Of a stretch of 64,000 bases of DNA, positions 20,734-30,687 are shown in pieces. The stretch is from positions 6,234 through 70,233 of the forward strand of contig JAZLLH010000068.1 of the NCBI GenBank assembly GCA_045598025.1, in the 5' to 3' direction. The translations under genes and the position numbers were made by a program. The notes below the pieces were generated by a model. The model searched no databases, was not told the origin of the DNA, and was given only the letters and a program-made list of their open reading frames with translations. Numbering within the stretch: the stretch's first letter is position 1; each line of letters opens with the position of its first letter. The DNA is from Bacteroidales bacterium. GTDB taxonomy: Bacteria; Bacteroidota; Bacteroidia; Bacteroidales; WCHB1-69.

Positions 20734-22695
20734 CTATTTTTTGCGGGCAGGTACCTGTCCTCTTTGCATGGCCTGTTGCTGTTTCATCATTTCCTCATAC
20801 CGGGTTTCCCATTTTGACTTCTTTACCGGCTGCTTTTTCTTCGCCAGTAATTTGAGTCTCAGCTTTTCATCGTTTACGGCATACCGGAAAATGAACATCT
20901 GAAGGAAAGTGGTCAGGTTGAACAGCAGATAGTAATAACTCAAACCGGCCGAATAATTATTGAAAATTCCAAGGAACATGATGGGCATCAGATACATCAT
21001 CCATTTCATCATTTTCATGGAATCCTCGTTCCCGGTAGGAGCCATCTGCTTGTTGCTGATAATCGTATAGGCCAGAGTTGCAGCCGTCATCAGAAGGGTA
21101 AACAGACTGACATGGTCCCCATAAAGAGGAATATTGAAGGAAAGATCCAGAATGGAATCGTAGGTTGAAAGGTCATCAGCCCAAAGGAAGGGTTGCTGAC
21201 GCAATTCGTAGGATGCGGGGAAAAAGCGGAACATGGCTACCAATATAGGCCACTGTAACAACATGGGCAAGCAGCCGCCTGCAGGTTTGATGCCGCACTG
21301 CTTGTACAGCGACATGGTTGCCTGCTGTTTTTTCATTGCGTCCTCCGGTTTGGGGAACTTCGCGTTGATGGCTTCGATTTCCGGTTTCATCACCCTCATC
21401 TTGGCTGTCGAACGATAGTTGGAATACGTCAAGGGAAGCAGAACCACTTTCAGAATGATGGTCAGCATCAGAATGATCAGGCCGTAATTCCAATGGAAAC
21501 GGCTGAAAAAATCGAACACCGGAATGACAGCGTATTTGTTGATCCAAGCAACGAGCTTACCTCCGAGCTGTATCTGATTTTCGATTTTCAATTTGTACTG
21601 CTTGAGCAATTTGTACTTGTTCGGACCGAAGTAAAAATCCATGGAAAATTGCTCGTTGTCCATGGAAGTCAGTGGAAATGCAATGTCTGCTTTCAAGATT
21701 TTCAACAGTCTATCCCCTTTGCGGTTTCCGTTTTCCGCATCCGACACCAAATTGGCATGGGCAAACTGCTTTTCGGCAATCAACGTAGACGTGAAATACT
21801 GCTGCTTGAAAGATACCCATTTCAATGCGGTACGATAGGTATTGGAATCACTCTTCACGTCGCTTTCGGCCAGCTTCTCCACATCTTTTGCATCACTGTA
21901 ATAGACCGTAGTGGCTGTTTTTTCATTTTTGAGATTTTTTTCCTGACGAAGCAACTGCTGACGCCAGGAGAGATTGATCTCGCTCTGCGTACGGCTAATA
22001 TAGGGACTCATCCGCACCAGACGCACATCCAATCCCGTGCGGTAGTCGTTTCCGCGCACGGTGTACACAAAGGAAACGTAGGCTGAAGTATCTTGAGTGC
22101 TTTCATCCTTATCCGCATACAAACGGTACTCTATCTGTATGGAATCCTTTCCTTTTACCATGCTTTTTTCGGGAAGTGCACCCTGACGGACGAAATTAAA
22201 ATCATTGGTATTCAATTCCAAATACTTGGAAACGAAATCAAATCCAAAACGATTGACGCCGTCCGATTCCTCATCAAACAATACAACAGGCAGACTGTCA
22301 TAGGTCTGCACATTCTTCAATTCCACCCTGCAGATACGGCCTCCCCTGGAGGAAAAACGTATGCGGTAAAATTCGTTCTCCACTTCCGTAGTTTCTTCCT
22401 CCTTTACCGATTCGGCTGCATGCACAAAACTGCCGTAAAGGTTGGAATAATGAGCGTAAGTCTTTTCTTCGACACTATTATTCTCACCGACAGACGGCAA
22501 AACATCCTTACCGGCCGCAGCAGCGGCTACGACAGAATCCGCGAAGGCCTCCTGACCAGTCATTTGGGCCGCTACCAGAGAGTCGTGCTGCCTTTGCATC
22601 TCCGCACGCTCTTCTTTGGAAGGAGACAAGTACAAACTATAGCCCAAAAACAGGCCAAAAATCAGCAATAATCCTATTAAAGTATTCTTATCCAT
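20734..22695 (-). CDS. yidC: Membrane protein insertase YidC
   Basis: 653 aa with an N-terminal TM helix, a large periplasmic domain, and the conserved C-terminal 5-TM core (…GCLPMLLQWPI…). Confidence 0.92.
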   Translation of the reverse strand: MDKNTLIGLLLIFGLFLGYSLYLSPSKEERAEMQRQHDSLVAAQMTGQEAFADSVVAAAAAGKDVLPSVGENNSVEEKTYAHYSNLYGSFVHAAESVKEEETTEVENEFYRIRFSSRGGRICRVELKNVQTYDSLPVVLFDEESDGVNRFGFDFVSKYLELNTNDFNFVRQGALPEKSMVKGKDSIQIEYRLYADKDESTQDTSAYVSFVYTVRGNDYRTGLDVRLVRMSPYISRTQSEINLSWRQQLLRQEKNLKNEKTATTVYYSDAKDVEKLAESDVKSDSNTYRTALKWVSFKQQYFTSTLIAEKQFAHANLVSDAENGNRKGDRLLKILKADIAFPLTSMDNEQFSMDFYFGPNKYKLLKQYKLKIENQIQLGGKLVAWINKYAVIPVFDFFSRFHWNYGLIILMLTIILKVVLLPLTYSNYRSTAKMRVMKPEIEAINAKFPKPEDAMKKQQATMSLYKQCGIKPAGGCLPMLLQWPILVAMFRFFPASYELRQQPFLWADDLSTYDSILDLSFNIPLYGDHVSLFTLLMTAATLAYTIISNKQMAPTGNEDSMKMMKWMMYLMPIMFLGIFNNYSAGLSYYYLLFNLTTFLQMFIFRYAVNDEKLRLKLLAKKKQPVKKSKWETRYEEMMKQQQAMQRGQVPARKK

Positions 22696-22734
22696 ATTTT
22701 TATAATTCCATCACAAAAGCCAAACAGCTCATTA

Positions 22735-22742
22735 CAAAAGTA
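22735..22742 (-). promoter_or_regulatory. -7 box TACTTTTG (minus strand) upstream of yidC
   Basis: Plus-strand CAAAAGTA at 22735-22742, 40 nt upstream of the yidC ATG at 22695. Confidence 0.45.
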
Positions 22743-22794
22743 CAAAAAAAAGCAATAGGTTCTGAGGCCAAACAAAAAAAAGCGAAGGTCTGTT

Positions 22795-23109
22795 TCAACG
22801 GATCACCAGTTTTTTCAAGCGGCGTTCGTCAATCTGCTCATGCATTTTCATCAGGATTTCATCCTTTAGCATCATCAGTTCATTTTTCACTAGAGGAGAA
22901 CTGACCTCCACGTACAGCGTATCCCCTTTCAATTCCATTCGGGTAACAAATTTCATGATGACGGGTCCTGTCGCTTCTGACCACACTTCCTTCACCTTGT
23001 GTTTCAGATACGGAACAGCCAACTGACTTTCGTCAAGCATTTTTTGCATAACATCCGCTAACGAATGTTCTGCATCCTTTTGATTATACCTTCTGAACTG
23101 ATCATCCAT
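22795..23109 (-). CDS. DUF721 (DciA-like) small protein
   Basis: 104 aa. C-terminal pattern …GDTLYVEVSSPLVKNELMM…, typical of DUF721. Confidence 0.6.
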   Translation of the reverse strand: MDDQFRRYNQKDAEHSLADVMQKMLDESQLAVPYLKHKVKEVWSEATGPVIMKFVTRMELKGDTLYVEVSSPLVKNELMMLKDEILMKMHEQIDERRLKKLVIR

Positions 23110-23114
23110 TGCAT

Positions 23115-24551
23115 CTATCTTTTTCTGGTTTTTCCGCCTTCCTTAAACGCCGCCATACGCTGTTTGTGCTCATAGCTTTGCCTGGCTGCCTCATTTGCCT
23201 TGTCTTTATCACCCATGGCATAATAAGTAGCGGCTTGGAGATTATAGATATCGGCCCACATGGCTTCGTCCTCTCCCGCATACATGGACGCATCCTCCAG
23301 ATAGGAAAGCGCATTTTCATAGTCATTCCTATAATAGGCCCTCACCGCCTGGGCTAAATACGGCATGGACTGGGCAGGAAACAGTTCGGATGCCCGGGCA
23401 CCCATTGCTCCAGCCCGCTCGGCATCGGTTTTCAACAATATGGATATGATGCAATTCCAGGTTACGTATCTGGAGGAATCCAGCAGCAGCAGACTATCCA
23501 AAACCGGAAGTGCTTCATCCGCACGCTGCTGCGAAATCAAAACGTCAGCCCGCATGGACAATACACCGGCATCATTCGGATGCGTTTTTACCAAAATAGC
23601 GGACAATTCATCAGCCTCTGACTCATACCGAGAAGGATTGTCCAGCATAGAACGCATATAATTCTGCATCACATCTTTCTTGGGTTGTACAGAAATGTCC
23701 GGATTGGAAAAAATCTTCTTCATGTACGCATACGACTCCTCATGGTTTTTGCGATCGGAATAATACTCATACAGGGACACCTGTAACTGCGCATTTTCCG
23801 GATCCAGCCGTTGGGCCTCCTTCAGATAGGGAATGGCCTTGTCTTTCATATCGTTATTCAAATAAATGGACGCCGCTTGCAAATAATACTTGGCCTCGCT
23901 AGGGTAGGCTACAGTGAGTTTTTTCACTTCCTTGACTGCCGCATCCACATTGTTCAGGAACAGGTAGATTGACTTTTTCGTATCAATCAGTTGTTCGTTG
24001 ACACCCAACTGCTTCTCCATATTGTCGTACACCAGCAGCGCCTCTTTGAGTTTATTCTGCTGTATCAGCGAATAGGCATAATTATTCAGATAATCCAGAT
24101 TTTCGGGATAGGCTTCGGACAATTCCTTCCAGCAGTATTCCCCTTTTTTCAGAATTCCGGCCTGATTGTACGCCTCTCCCAGCAATACCTTGTACCAGGA
24201 ATTCTTGGAATCCAGACGCGAAGCCTGTTCCGCGTACGGAATGGCATCCGATACACGTCCCTTTTGTATCAGCAGGATGGCCAGTTCGTAATACGCTGCG
24301 TGATGATCCGGCTCCACCGAAAGCACCTTGTACAACGAATCCATTGCAGCATCGTAATTTCCACACAATCTCTCCTTTACCGCGTTTACAAAGGTGGCCG
24401 TATTGGCGGCCAACTGCTTTTCGGAGAGATCTGATTTTTTTTCAGTTTCAACAGCCACCGTCTTGGCATGTCTGTTTTTCTGGGCCGAAACAGGCAACGC
24501 AAGCACCAGGGTGCAGACGACGGACAGAAACACCAAACGCGATTTGATCAT
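23115..24551 (-). CDS. Tetratricopeptide-repeat protein (secreted)
   Basis: I trimmed the start to ATG 24551 (MIKSRLVFLSVV… signal peptide), which removes the overlap with dut. Multiple TPR-like A/Y/L repeats. Confidence 0.75.
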   Translation of the reverse strand: MIKSRLVFLSVVCTLVLALPVSAQKNRHAKTVAVETEKKSDLSEKQLAANTATFVNAVKERLCGNYDAAMDSLYKVLSVEPDHHAAYYELAILLIQKGRVSDAIPYAEQASRLDSKNSWYKVLLGEAYNQAGILKKGEYCWKELSEAYPENLDYLNNYAYSLIQQNKLKEALLVYDNMEKQLGVNEQLIDTKKSIYLFLNNVDAAVKEVKKLTVAYPSEAKYYLQAASIYLNNDMKDKAIPYLKEAQRLDPENAQLQVSLYEYYSDRKNHEESYAYMKKIFSNPDISVQPKKDVMQNYMRSMLDNPSRYESEADELSAILVKTHPNDAGVLSMRADVLISQQRADEALPVLDSLLLLDSSRYVTWNCIISILLKTDAERAGAMGARASELFPAQSMPYLAQAVRAYYRNDYENALSYLEDASMYAGEDEAMWADIYNLQAATYYAMGDKDKANEAARQSYEHKQRMAAFKEGGKTRKR

Positions 24552-24559
24552 GATTCTTC

Positions 24560-24991
24560 CTATTTTCCGGTATGACCGAAGCCACCGCATCCTCTTTCAC
24601 TTTCTTCCAAAGAATCCACTGCTTCCCATGCCACCTGCTCATGACGGACCACCACCATCTGTGCTATACGATCCCCGTCTTTGATAACAAAGGATTCGCC
24701 CGACAGATTGATCAGAATGATCTTTATTTCTCCTCTGTAATCGGCATCAATAGTTCCCGGAGAATTCAACACGGTAATGCCGCTCTTGATGGCCAGGCCA
24801 CTGCGCGGGCGAATCTGCGCCTCATAACCGGCGGGCAGTTCAATATACAGTCCGGTAGGAACCAGTTTGCGTTCCATAGGTCCCAACACGAGGTCCTCCT
24901 CAAGGGAAGCCCTGAGATCCATGCCGGCAGACAGAGCGGTTTCATAGGCCGGCAATGCATGTTTCGATGTATTGATTACTTTTACTTTCAC
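24560..24991 (-). CDS. dut: dUTP diphosphatase
   Basis: 143 aa with motifs [20 protein letters not shown] and a C-terminal GGFGHTG. Confidence 0.95.
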   Translation of the reverse strand: MKVKVINTSKHALPAYETALSAGMDLRASLEEDLVLGPMERKLVPTGLYIELPAGYEAQIRPRSGLAIKSGITVLNSPGTIDADYRGEIKIILINLSGESFVIKDGDRIAQMVVVRHEQVAWEAVDSLEESERGCGGFGHTGK

Positions 24992-25041
24992 GTTTCTGAA
25001 TTTTTAAACCGAGGCACAAAACCTCTTCCGATTAACAACTG

Positions 25042-25049
25042 CAAAAATA
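25042..25049 (-). promoter_or_regulatory. -7 box TATTTTTG (minus strand) upstream of dut
   Basis: Plus-strand CAAAAATA at 25042-25049, 51 nt upstream of the dut ATG. Confidence 0.4.
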
Positions 25050-25090
25050 CAACAAAAAGAGATAGACTCGGTATTCGCTGTTGAAAATTG

Positions 25091-26494
25091 TCAAAGATTG
25101 AAAAAATACCGGCAGGCGTTGCGATAGGATATATTTTCCACCAACGTTCCCACCCATTCCATATCATCGGGAATCAGCCCTTTTTCCATTTCATCTCCCA
25201 ACATTCCGCACAGCACACGGCGGAAATACTCATGCCGGGTATAACTCAGGAAAGAACGGGAATCCGTGAGCATTCCGACGAAACGACCGAGCAGACCGCA
25301 TTGAGAAAGCACATCCAACTGGTGCAGCATCCCCCCCCTGTGATCATTGAACCACCAGGCCGCGCCCAATTGCATACGGCCGGGCTCCGGCCCGTGCTGG
25401 AAATTGCCTATCAGAGAAGCCAACATTTCACAATCGCGCGGATGGAGCGAATACACCACCATGCGGGGAAGCTCGCCATGCTGTTCCAGACGGTCAAACA
25501 AAGCGTTCATGGCGACAGCGGATGCAGTATCTGCTATGCTGTCAAAACCGGTATCGGGACCGATGGTACGGAACATTTTCGTATTATTGTTGCGCAGACA
25601 GTTGTAATGGATCTGTGCGGACCAGTTGGCCCGGGCATCGGCGGCGAGCCCTTCGTACAGCCAGGCCGATTGAAACTGATGAATTTCTTTTTCGGACAAA
25701 GTTTGCTTTTTTCTCGCTTTTTTGAAAATGGAACGGATTTCGGATTCAGTATAGACATCGGCATGGATCTCCGTCGTTCCGTAATCGGAAATCACACAGC
25801 CATTGTCAGCAAAATACCGGTGTCTCACATCCATGGCCTGCAGGAAATCCTCCCAACTGCCGATTTCCATGCCGGCAGTTTCAGCCAAACGGTCCATCCA
25901 CGCGTTCCATGTTTCCAAATCCTCCACCTTGGAAGCTTTATCGTTTCGCCAGGCAGGCAGCACCTTCACCTCGAAACCGGAGGCAGCAATGGCCTGATGA
26001 TAACGGAGGTCATCCACCGGATCATCGGTAGTACAGATTATTTTCACATTCGAACGCCGCATCAGACCGCGCGCAGAATACTCCGGCTGAGATAAGAGTG
26101 CATTGCACTTTTCCCAGATTTCGGGAGCGGTTTTCTCCGACAGACGTTCTGTCACACCGAAATAGCGGGTCAATTCCAGATGCGACCAATCGTACAAAGG
26201 ATTCCGGAGCATCTGTTCCATGGTTTCCGCATACTTGAGGAATTTTTCGTAAGCTGCAGCTTCTCCGGTGCAGTATTTCTCATCCACACCATTGGAACGC
26301 ATCTGACGCCATTTATAATGGTCGCCGGAAAGCCATACCTCTGTCATATTCTCCCATCGGCGGTCTTCAGCAATTTCCTTGGGCGACAGATGGCAATGGT
26401 AATCGACAACAGGCATGGGTTCTGCATAATCGTGGTACAGGGTACGCGCAGTGCGCGTCGTCAGGAGATATTCTTCGTTGATAAATGGCTTCAT
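25091..26494 (-). CDS. uxaC: Glucuronate isomerase
   Basis: N-terminus MKPFINEEYLL from ATG 26494. Conserved DYHCHL and GDHYKWR blocks. About 467 aa, the expected length. Confidence 0.93.
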   Translation of the reverse strand: MKPFINEEYLLTTRTARTLYHDYAEPMPVVDYHCHLSPKEIAEDRRWENMTEVWLSGDHYKWRQMRSNGVDEKYCTGEAAAYEKFLKYAETMEQMLRNPLYDWSHLELTRYFGVTERLSEKTAPEIWEKCNALLSQPEYSARGLMRRSNVKIICTTDDPVDDLRYHQAIAASGFEVKVLPAWRNDKASKVEDLETWNAWMDRLAETAGMEIGSWEDFLQAMDVRHRYFADNGCVISDYGTTEIHADVYTESEIRSIFKKARKKQTLSEKEIHQFQSAWLYEGLAADARANWSAQIHYNCLRNNNTKMFRTIGPDTGFDSIADTASAVAMNALFDRLEQHGELPRMVVYSLHPRDCEMLASLIGNFQHGPEPGRMQLGAAWWFNDHRGGMLHQLDVLSQCGLLGRFVGMLTDSRSFLSYTRHEYFRRVLCGMLGDEMEKGLIPDDMEWVGTLVENISYRNACRYFFNL

Positions 26495-26554
26495 CGCGTT
26501 TTTGATGGACTGTGTTCCTAAATAAGAAAAAACAATTCGAAAATGCAAAAGTAA

Positions 26555-28309
26555 TCATTTTTCGGACACTTCACAGCATGCATTTTTTTGGCAGATATAC
26601 CTCCGCTCCGAATCCCCGATTCCGAAGACGGAAAATACACATTCATCCAATTCGGACTGCAGTCGGGCAGAAAAACCCTCGGTGACGATTCGGTCCGTCA
26701 TTTGTCCCAAGGCTTCATCCTGCTCCTTTGTCAGGCAGGGAAAAGGAAGAGCCTGCAGATTTCTCTTCAGAACCTTGATATCCTTAAATTTCAACTGGTA
26801 ATAAAAACGATACAGAGAGGAATTCAGCAAAGCAGCCGCGCTTCGCACCGAGGTTCCCTTTATCTCGGGAACCATAATATTCGCACTGTTGAGGCACAGG
26901 CGTTGCCGGTTATCGTAAGCTACTATCGGGTATTTGGCTATGAAACGGTAAATCAGTTTTTCGGGAACACGGTAGCATTCCTCCTTCGCACATTGCTGGA
27001 AATCGGAAGGTTTGAAAAAAACATAAAAGGATTCTTTTCGCATACGGAAGGCTTCCACCTGCCTGCCGGCAAAAACGGCTTCCGCTCCCGGAACAGGCTC
27101 CCTAAGCAATTTACTTTCATTGTCGCCCGTTACAATGCCAAGAGCCCACTTGCTATGACTCAGATCGTCATATCTGCAGGCATCCATTTTTTCCATGACT
27201 GAGGCTTCTATGCCGGAAAGCACGGCAAAAGGGATATCGGCATTTACATACAGATTCTCCGGAACGGAAATACGGAATGTACCGCTACTGCCGTGTACCT
27301 GATACTGCTGCGTTTTCACTCTGCGGTTGACAAAACGTATGCTGAAATAGTCGGTAAAAACTCCGGCAAAGCGTCCGGAATACAGTTCCAAGGACTGTAT
27401 GGCGGTACGGGTCAGCAGATAAGTGCGCACATCCGAATGGATACGGACCTTCAGTATGGAAGAAGGCATCAAGAGTCGGGCCTGTCCGTTTCGGACCAGC
27501 GATTGCGCGATTTTTACCAGAAACATGGACGACTTTTCCCTAGAGGCAATGCTCAGACTCTCGTAAAGTCCGGACTTATCGGTACCCCAGGGCGGATTGG
27601 TGCAGATACAGTCAAACTTTGCCGGCCATTTTTCCTCAAAGGCCGACGAAGACTTGGATTCGGATAGAAAATCACGTTGGCACACATTCGGAACGAATTC
27701 ACAATCCGGATACTTCAGCAACAAATTTACAGAAGCCAGCATGACCGCAACGGGATCGGAATCCGAGCCATAGAGACAGGACGGATGGACGGCTTTCACT
27801 CCGGTCAGGAAAGCCCCGCTTCCGCAACATGGATCATAAAAAGTCTGTGAAGACGTAAGAACGACATCTCCCACCATCTGTTCCACCACCTCTTTCCCTG
27901 TATAGTAACGCCCACACGTGTTTCTTTCTCCCTCTGCCAGCAGGGACTGATATACGAATCCGAGAAGATCGTCCGAGCCGTTCCACTCGCAATCGGATAT
28001 GCCGAGTGTTATCTCCCGGCCGGAAAATCTGCGCATACTTGTCCGGACATGGGGAAAATCCAGCAATCCCTTCCGCCTGAGCAATTCGAGACAAAGGGAA
28101 TACAATATATCCTCCACGGAGAAAGGCAAGTTCTCCAGACGATGCAGGATTTCAAATGCTTCCGGACTATCAAGATAGGTCGTGGCCACCACCCTTCGGG
28201 ATGATTGCGATTTATTCGCTCTTTTGGTCAGTTTTGTGCGGGAATCGGTATTCAACCGCTTCCAGTTCGATTCGGTGGCTTTGCTGATATTTTCCGGAAA
28301 AGGACTCAT
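26555..28309 (-). CDS. Gamma-class N6-adenine DNA methyltransferase (Eco57I/TaqI-like) with C-terminal target-recognition domain; no adjacent restriction gene
   Basis: 584 aa. Motif I is FYDPCCGSGAFL and motif IV is TNPPWG. The C-terminal ~200 aa resembles the TaqI-like specificity domain. Confidence 0.8.
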   Translation of the reverse strand: MSPFPENISKATESNWKRLNTDSRTKLTKRANKSQSSRRVVATTYLDSPEAFEILHRLENLPFSVEDILYSLCLELLRRKGLLDFPHVRTSMRRFSGREITLGISDCEWNGSDDLLGFVYQSLLAEGERNTCGRYYTGKEVVEQMVGDVVLTSSQTFYDPCCGSGAFLTGVKAVHPSCLYGSDSDPVAVMLASVNLLLKYPDCEFVPNVCQRDFLSESKSSSAFEEKWPAKFDCICTNPPWGTDKSGLYESLSIASREKSSMFLVKIAQSLVRNGQARLLMPSSILKVRIHSDVRTYLLTRTAIQSLELYSGRFAGVFTDYFSIRFVNRRVKTQQYQVHGSSGTFRISVPENLYVNADIPFAVLSGIEASVMEKMDACRYDDLSHSKWALGIVTGDNESKLLREPVPGAEAVFAGRQVEAFRMRKESFYVFFKPSDFQQCAKEECYRVPEKLIYRFIAKYPIVAYDNRQRLCLNSANIMVPEIKGTSVRSAAALLNSSLYRFYYQLKFKDIKVLKRNLQALPFPCLTKEQDEALGQMTDRIVTEGFSARLQSELDECVFSVFGIGDSERRYICQKNACCEVSEK

Positions 28310-28327
28310 GACAACGGATTTCGGATG

Positions 28328-29752
28328 CTACTCCACCGGTTTGTATTTCGGCACCAGTACTTTCATCAGCACCCAAGCTAGCAGATATGCCACGGAACAG
28401 ACTATGAAAGTGATTTCGTAACCCGCGCTTTTACCGGTGTATCCCAAGAAATGCATCTGTACCGCATCCGCATAGGTAAAAAGATTGCCAGCCCCTTTCT
28501 GCACGAAAAAACTGCCGATTCCGCCAGCCATGCCGCCTATGCCCGTCACCGTAGCAATCCAGCTTTTGGGAAACATATCACCGGTTGTGGAAAAAATATT
28601 GGCACTCCAGCTCTGGTGTGCGGCACATCCGATGCCGATAAGAACAATGGGCCACCAGGGAGAATACTGACCCAAAGGTTGTGCCAGGAGTACGCAAAGT
28701 GGGAAAAAGGCAAAAATCAGCATGGAAAGCATACGGGAACGATAGGGGTCCCAGCCTGTGCGCCGTATGACCAATGAGGGAAGTTTGCCTCCGAGAAGAG
28801 ATAGCATAACTATGGCATACAGAGTAAATATCAGCATCATACCTTCCGGATCCGAAGTGTTGATATTAAACTGAGCCTTAAGATAACTCGGTGTCCAGAA
28901 AAGAAAAAACCACCATACGCCATCCGTCAGTCCCTTGCCGATAATCAGGCTCCAGGTCTGACGATAGCGGAAACATTTCCAAAGGGAGACTTTCTTTTCT
29001 TCCGTCTGTGGCGCATTCTTCAAAAGCGCTTCATTTCCGGATTCCGGCAACCGGTCGGATTCGATATATTCCAATTCTGCCTGATTGACGAATGGGGAAC
29101 GTTGAGGCTCATTATAGAGGAAAATCCACAGACCGGCCCAAAGAAAGCCGAGTACGCCAATGAGGATGAAGGCCATCTCCCAGCCAAAATGCTTAGCCAG
29201 AGGCGGAATGGTAAGCGGGGCAATCAGCGCACCGATGGATGCACCGGAATTGAACACGGAAGTAGCAAAGGCCCGGTCTCGTTTGGGAAAATATTCCGCT
29301 GTCACCTTGATGGCAGCCGGAAAGTTTCCGGCTTCTCCGAAAGCCAGCACGCAGCGGGCCACCAAAAAGGACCAGACGGAAACGGTAGAAACAAGTACAG
29401 CCGTGTCACCGCTAGCCTTCAGCAGAGCAGAAGCCGAGTCCAAGCCGGAGAAGCACTGGGTTATCCAGCCACAGCCTGCGTGCAGACAGGCACCTAAACT
29501 CCATATCAGAATGGCTCCCAAATAGCCTTTTTTTGTACCCAAACAGTCAATCAGACGACCGGCAAACAGCATGGAAATGGCATAGCACAGGGAAAATACG
29601 GCCGTAATGGTTCCATAATGCGCATCAGTCCAGTGAAATTCCGGTTTGATGAATTCCTCAAAAGTCAGGCTCAGCACCTGCCTGTCCAGGTAGTTGATGG
29701 TGGTGGCCGCAAACAGCATCGCGCACATCACCCAACGGAAACGGGTCTTCAT
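28328..29752 (-). CDS. exuT: MFS hexuronate transporter
   Basis: 474 aa with about 12 TM helices. N-terminus …TTINYLDRQVLSL…, typical of the ExuT/ACS family. Linked to uxaC. Confidence 0.8.
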   Translation of the reverse strand: MKTRFRWVMCAMLFAATTINYLDRQVLSLTFEEFIKPEFHWTDAHYGTITAVFSLCYAISMLFAGRLIDCLGTKKGYLGAILIWSLGACLHAGCGWITQCFSGLDSASALLKASGDTAVLVSTVSVWSFLVARCVLAFGEAGNFPAAIKVTAEYFPKRDRAFATSVFNSGASIGALIAPLTIPPLAKHFGWEMAFILIGVLGFLWAGLWIFLYNEPQRSPFVNQAELEYIESDRLPESGNEALLKNAPQTEEKKVSLWKCFRYRQTWSLIIGKGLTDGVWWFFLFWTPSYLKAQFNINTSDPEGMMLIFTLYAIVMLSLLGGKLPSLVIRRTGWDPYRSRMLSMLIFAFFPLCVLLAQPLGQYSPWWPIVLIGIGCAAHQSWSANIFSTTGDMFPKSWIATVTGIGGMAGGIGSFFVQKGAGNLFTYADAVQMHFLGYTGKSAGYEITFIVCSVAYLLAWVLMKVLVPKYKPVE

Positions 29753-29777
29753 ATTCTATTATTTGACAAATAAATTG

Positions 29778-29785
29778 CAAAGGTA
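29778..29785 (-). promoter_or_regulatory. -7 box TACCTTTG (minus strand) upstream of exuT
   Basis: Plus-strand CAAAGGTA at 29778-29785, 26 nt upstream of the exuT ATG at 29752. Confidence 0.5.
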
Positions 29786-29888
29786 CGCCATTTACCAATA
29801 CAAACGGCAGATCTCCGTATAAAAAACACTTTGTGCAAGCTTTCTGCTTTTTTTTCCGAACAATGTACGTTCCGACTGACATTTTGAC

Positions 29889-29896
29889 TACTTTTG
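29889..29896 (+). promoter_or_regulatory. -7 box TActTTTG upstream of the BI-1 family gene
   Basis: Exact TAnnTTTG match, 62 nt upstream of ATG 29959. Confidence 0.45.
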
Positions 29897-29958
29897 CACT
29901 TTGGCATGTTTTATGCCAATTGAGAATTGGAATACCTAACTTGAAAAACAGATACATT

Positions 29959-30687
29959 ATGGACGATTATTTTTTTCACTCGGATAATGAACGTACAATC
30001 AACGCACCGGTCATAGCAGAAAGTGCCTCGACCCTGATGCGTCACGTATTTGCATGGATGTTCGCAGCCTTGAGCATCACAGCCGTCACAGCCTGGTTCT
30101 TCGCCCGTTCCGGTATGATCAGCCTGCTTTACACGGAAACCGGCATGAGTGGTCTGGGATGGATTGTGATGCTGAGTCCTTTCGTCATGGTTATCGCTAT
30201 GTCCATGGGACTAAACAAAATGAGTTCTACCACTCTGAGCCTGCTCCTGATTATCTATTCCATACTGATGGGCATGAGCATGAGCTACATCTTTCTGGCG
30301 TATACCGGAGCGGTCATTTCAAACACCTTCCTCATTACTGCCGGCATGTTCGGAGCCATGGCCATAGCCGGGTATGTCACCCGTATGGATTTGAGCCGAC
30401 TGGGTTCCATACTGTTTATGGCACTGATTGGCCTGATAATAGCATCCATCGTATGCCTGTTTACCCACAGCAGCCGGGCGGAATGGATCATCAGCATATT
30501 GAGCGTCATTGTTTTTTCCGGTTTGACGGCATGGGATGTAAACAGCATCCGCAACATGAGTACCTACATTGATTCCGGCAGCGAAACAGCTCGGAAAATG
30601 GCCGTATACGGAGCACTCAGTCTCTACCTGGATTTCATCAACCTGTTCCTTTCTCTGCTGCGCATTTTTGGAAGAAGCAATGATTAA
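29959..30687 (+). CDS. Bax inhibitor-1/YccA family membrane protein
   Basis: Start moved to ATG 29959 (MDDYFFHSDNER…). Seven hydrophobic segments. C-terminal …YLDFINLFLSLLRIFG, typical of the family. Confidence 0.85.
   Translation: MDDYFFHSDNERTINAPVIAESASTLMRHVFAWMFAALSITAVTAWFFARSGMISLLYTETGMSGLGWIVMLSPFVMVIAMSMGLNKMSSTTLSLLLIIYSILMGMSMSYIFLAYTGAVISNTFLITAGMFGAMAIAGYVTRMDLSRLGSILFMALIGLIIASIVCLFTHSSRAEWIISILSVIVFSGLTAWDVNSIRNMSTYIDSGSETARKMAVYGALSLYLDFINLFLSLLRIFGRSND

Noticed and set aside
26555-28309. The methyltransferase as part of a complete restriction-modification or other defence island.
   Set aside because: Both neighbours are sugar-catabolism genes at 18-nt and ~60-nt spacing. 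There is no endonuclease, specificity subunit, ATPase or mobile-element gene nearby.
29901-29930. Two small hairpins in the BI-1 gene leader: TTGGCAT-GTTTT-ATGCCAA and CCAATT-GAG-AATTGG.
   Set aside because: The stems are short (6-7 bp), overlap each other, and have no known motif. This is too weak to call a regulatory RNA.
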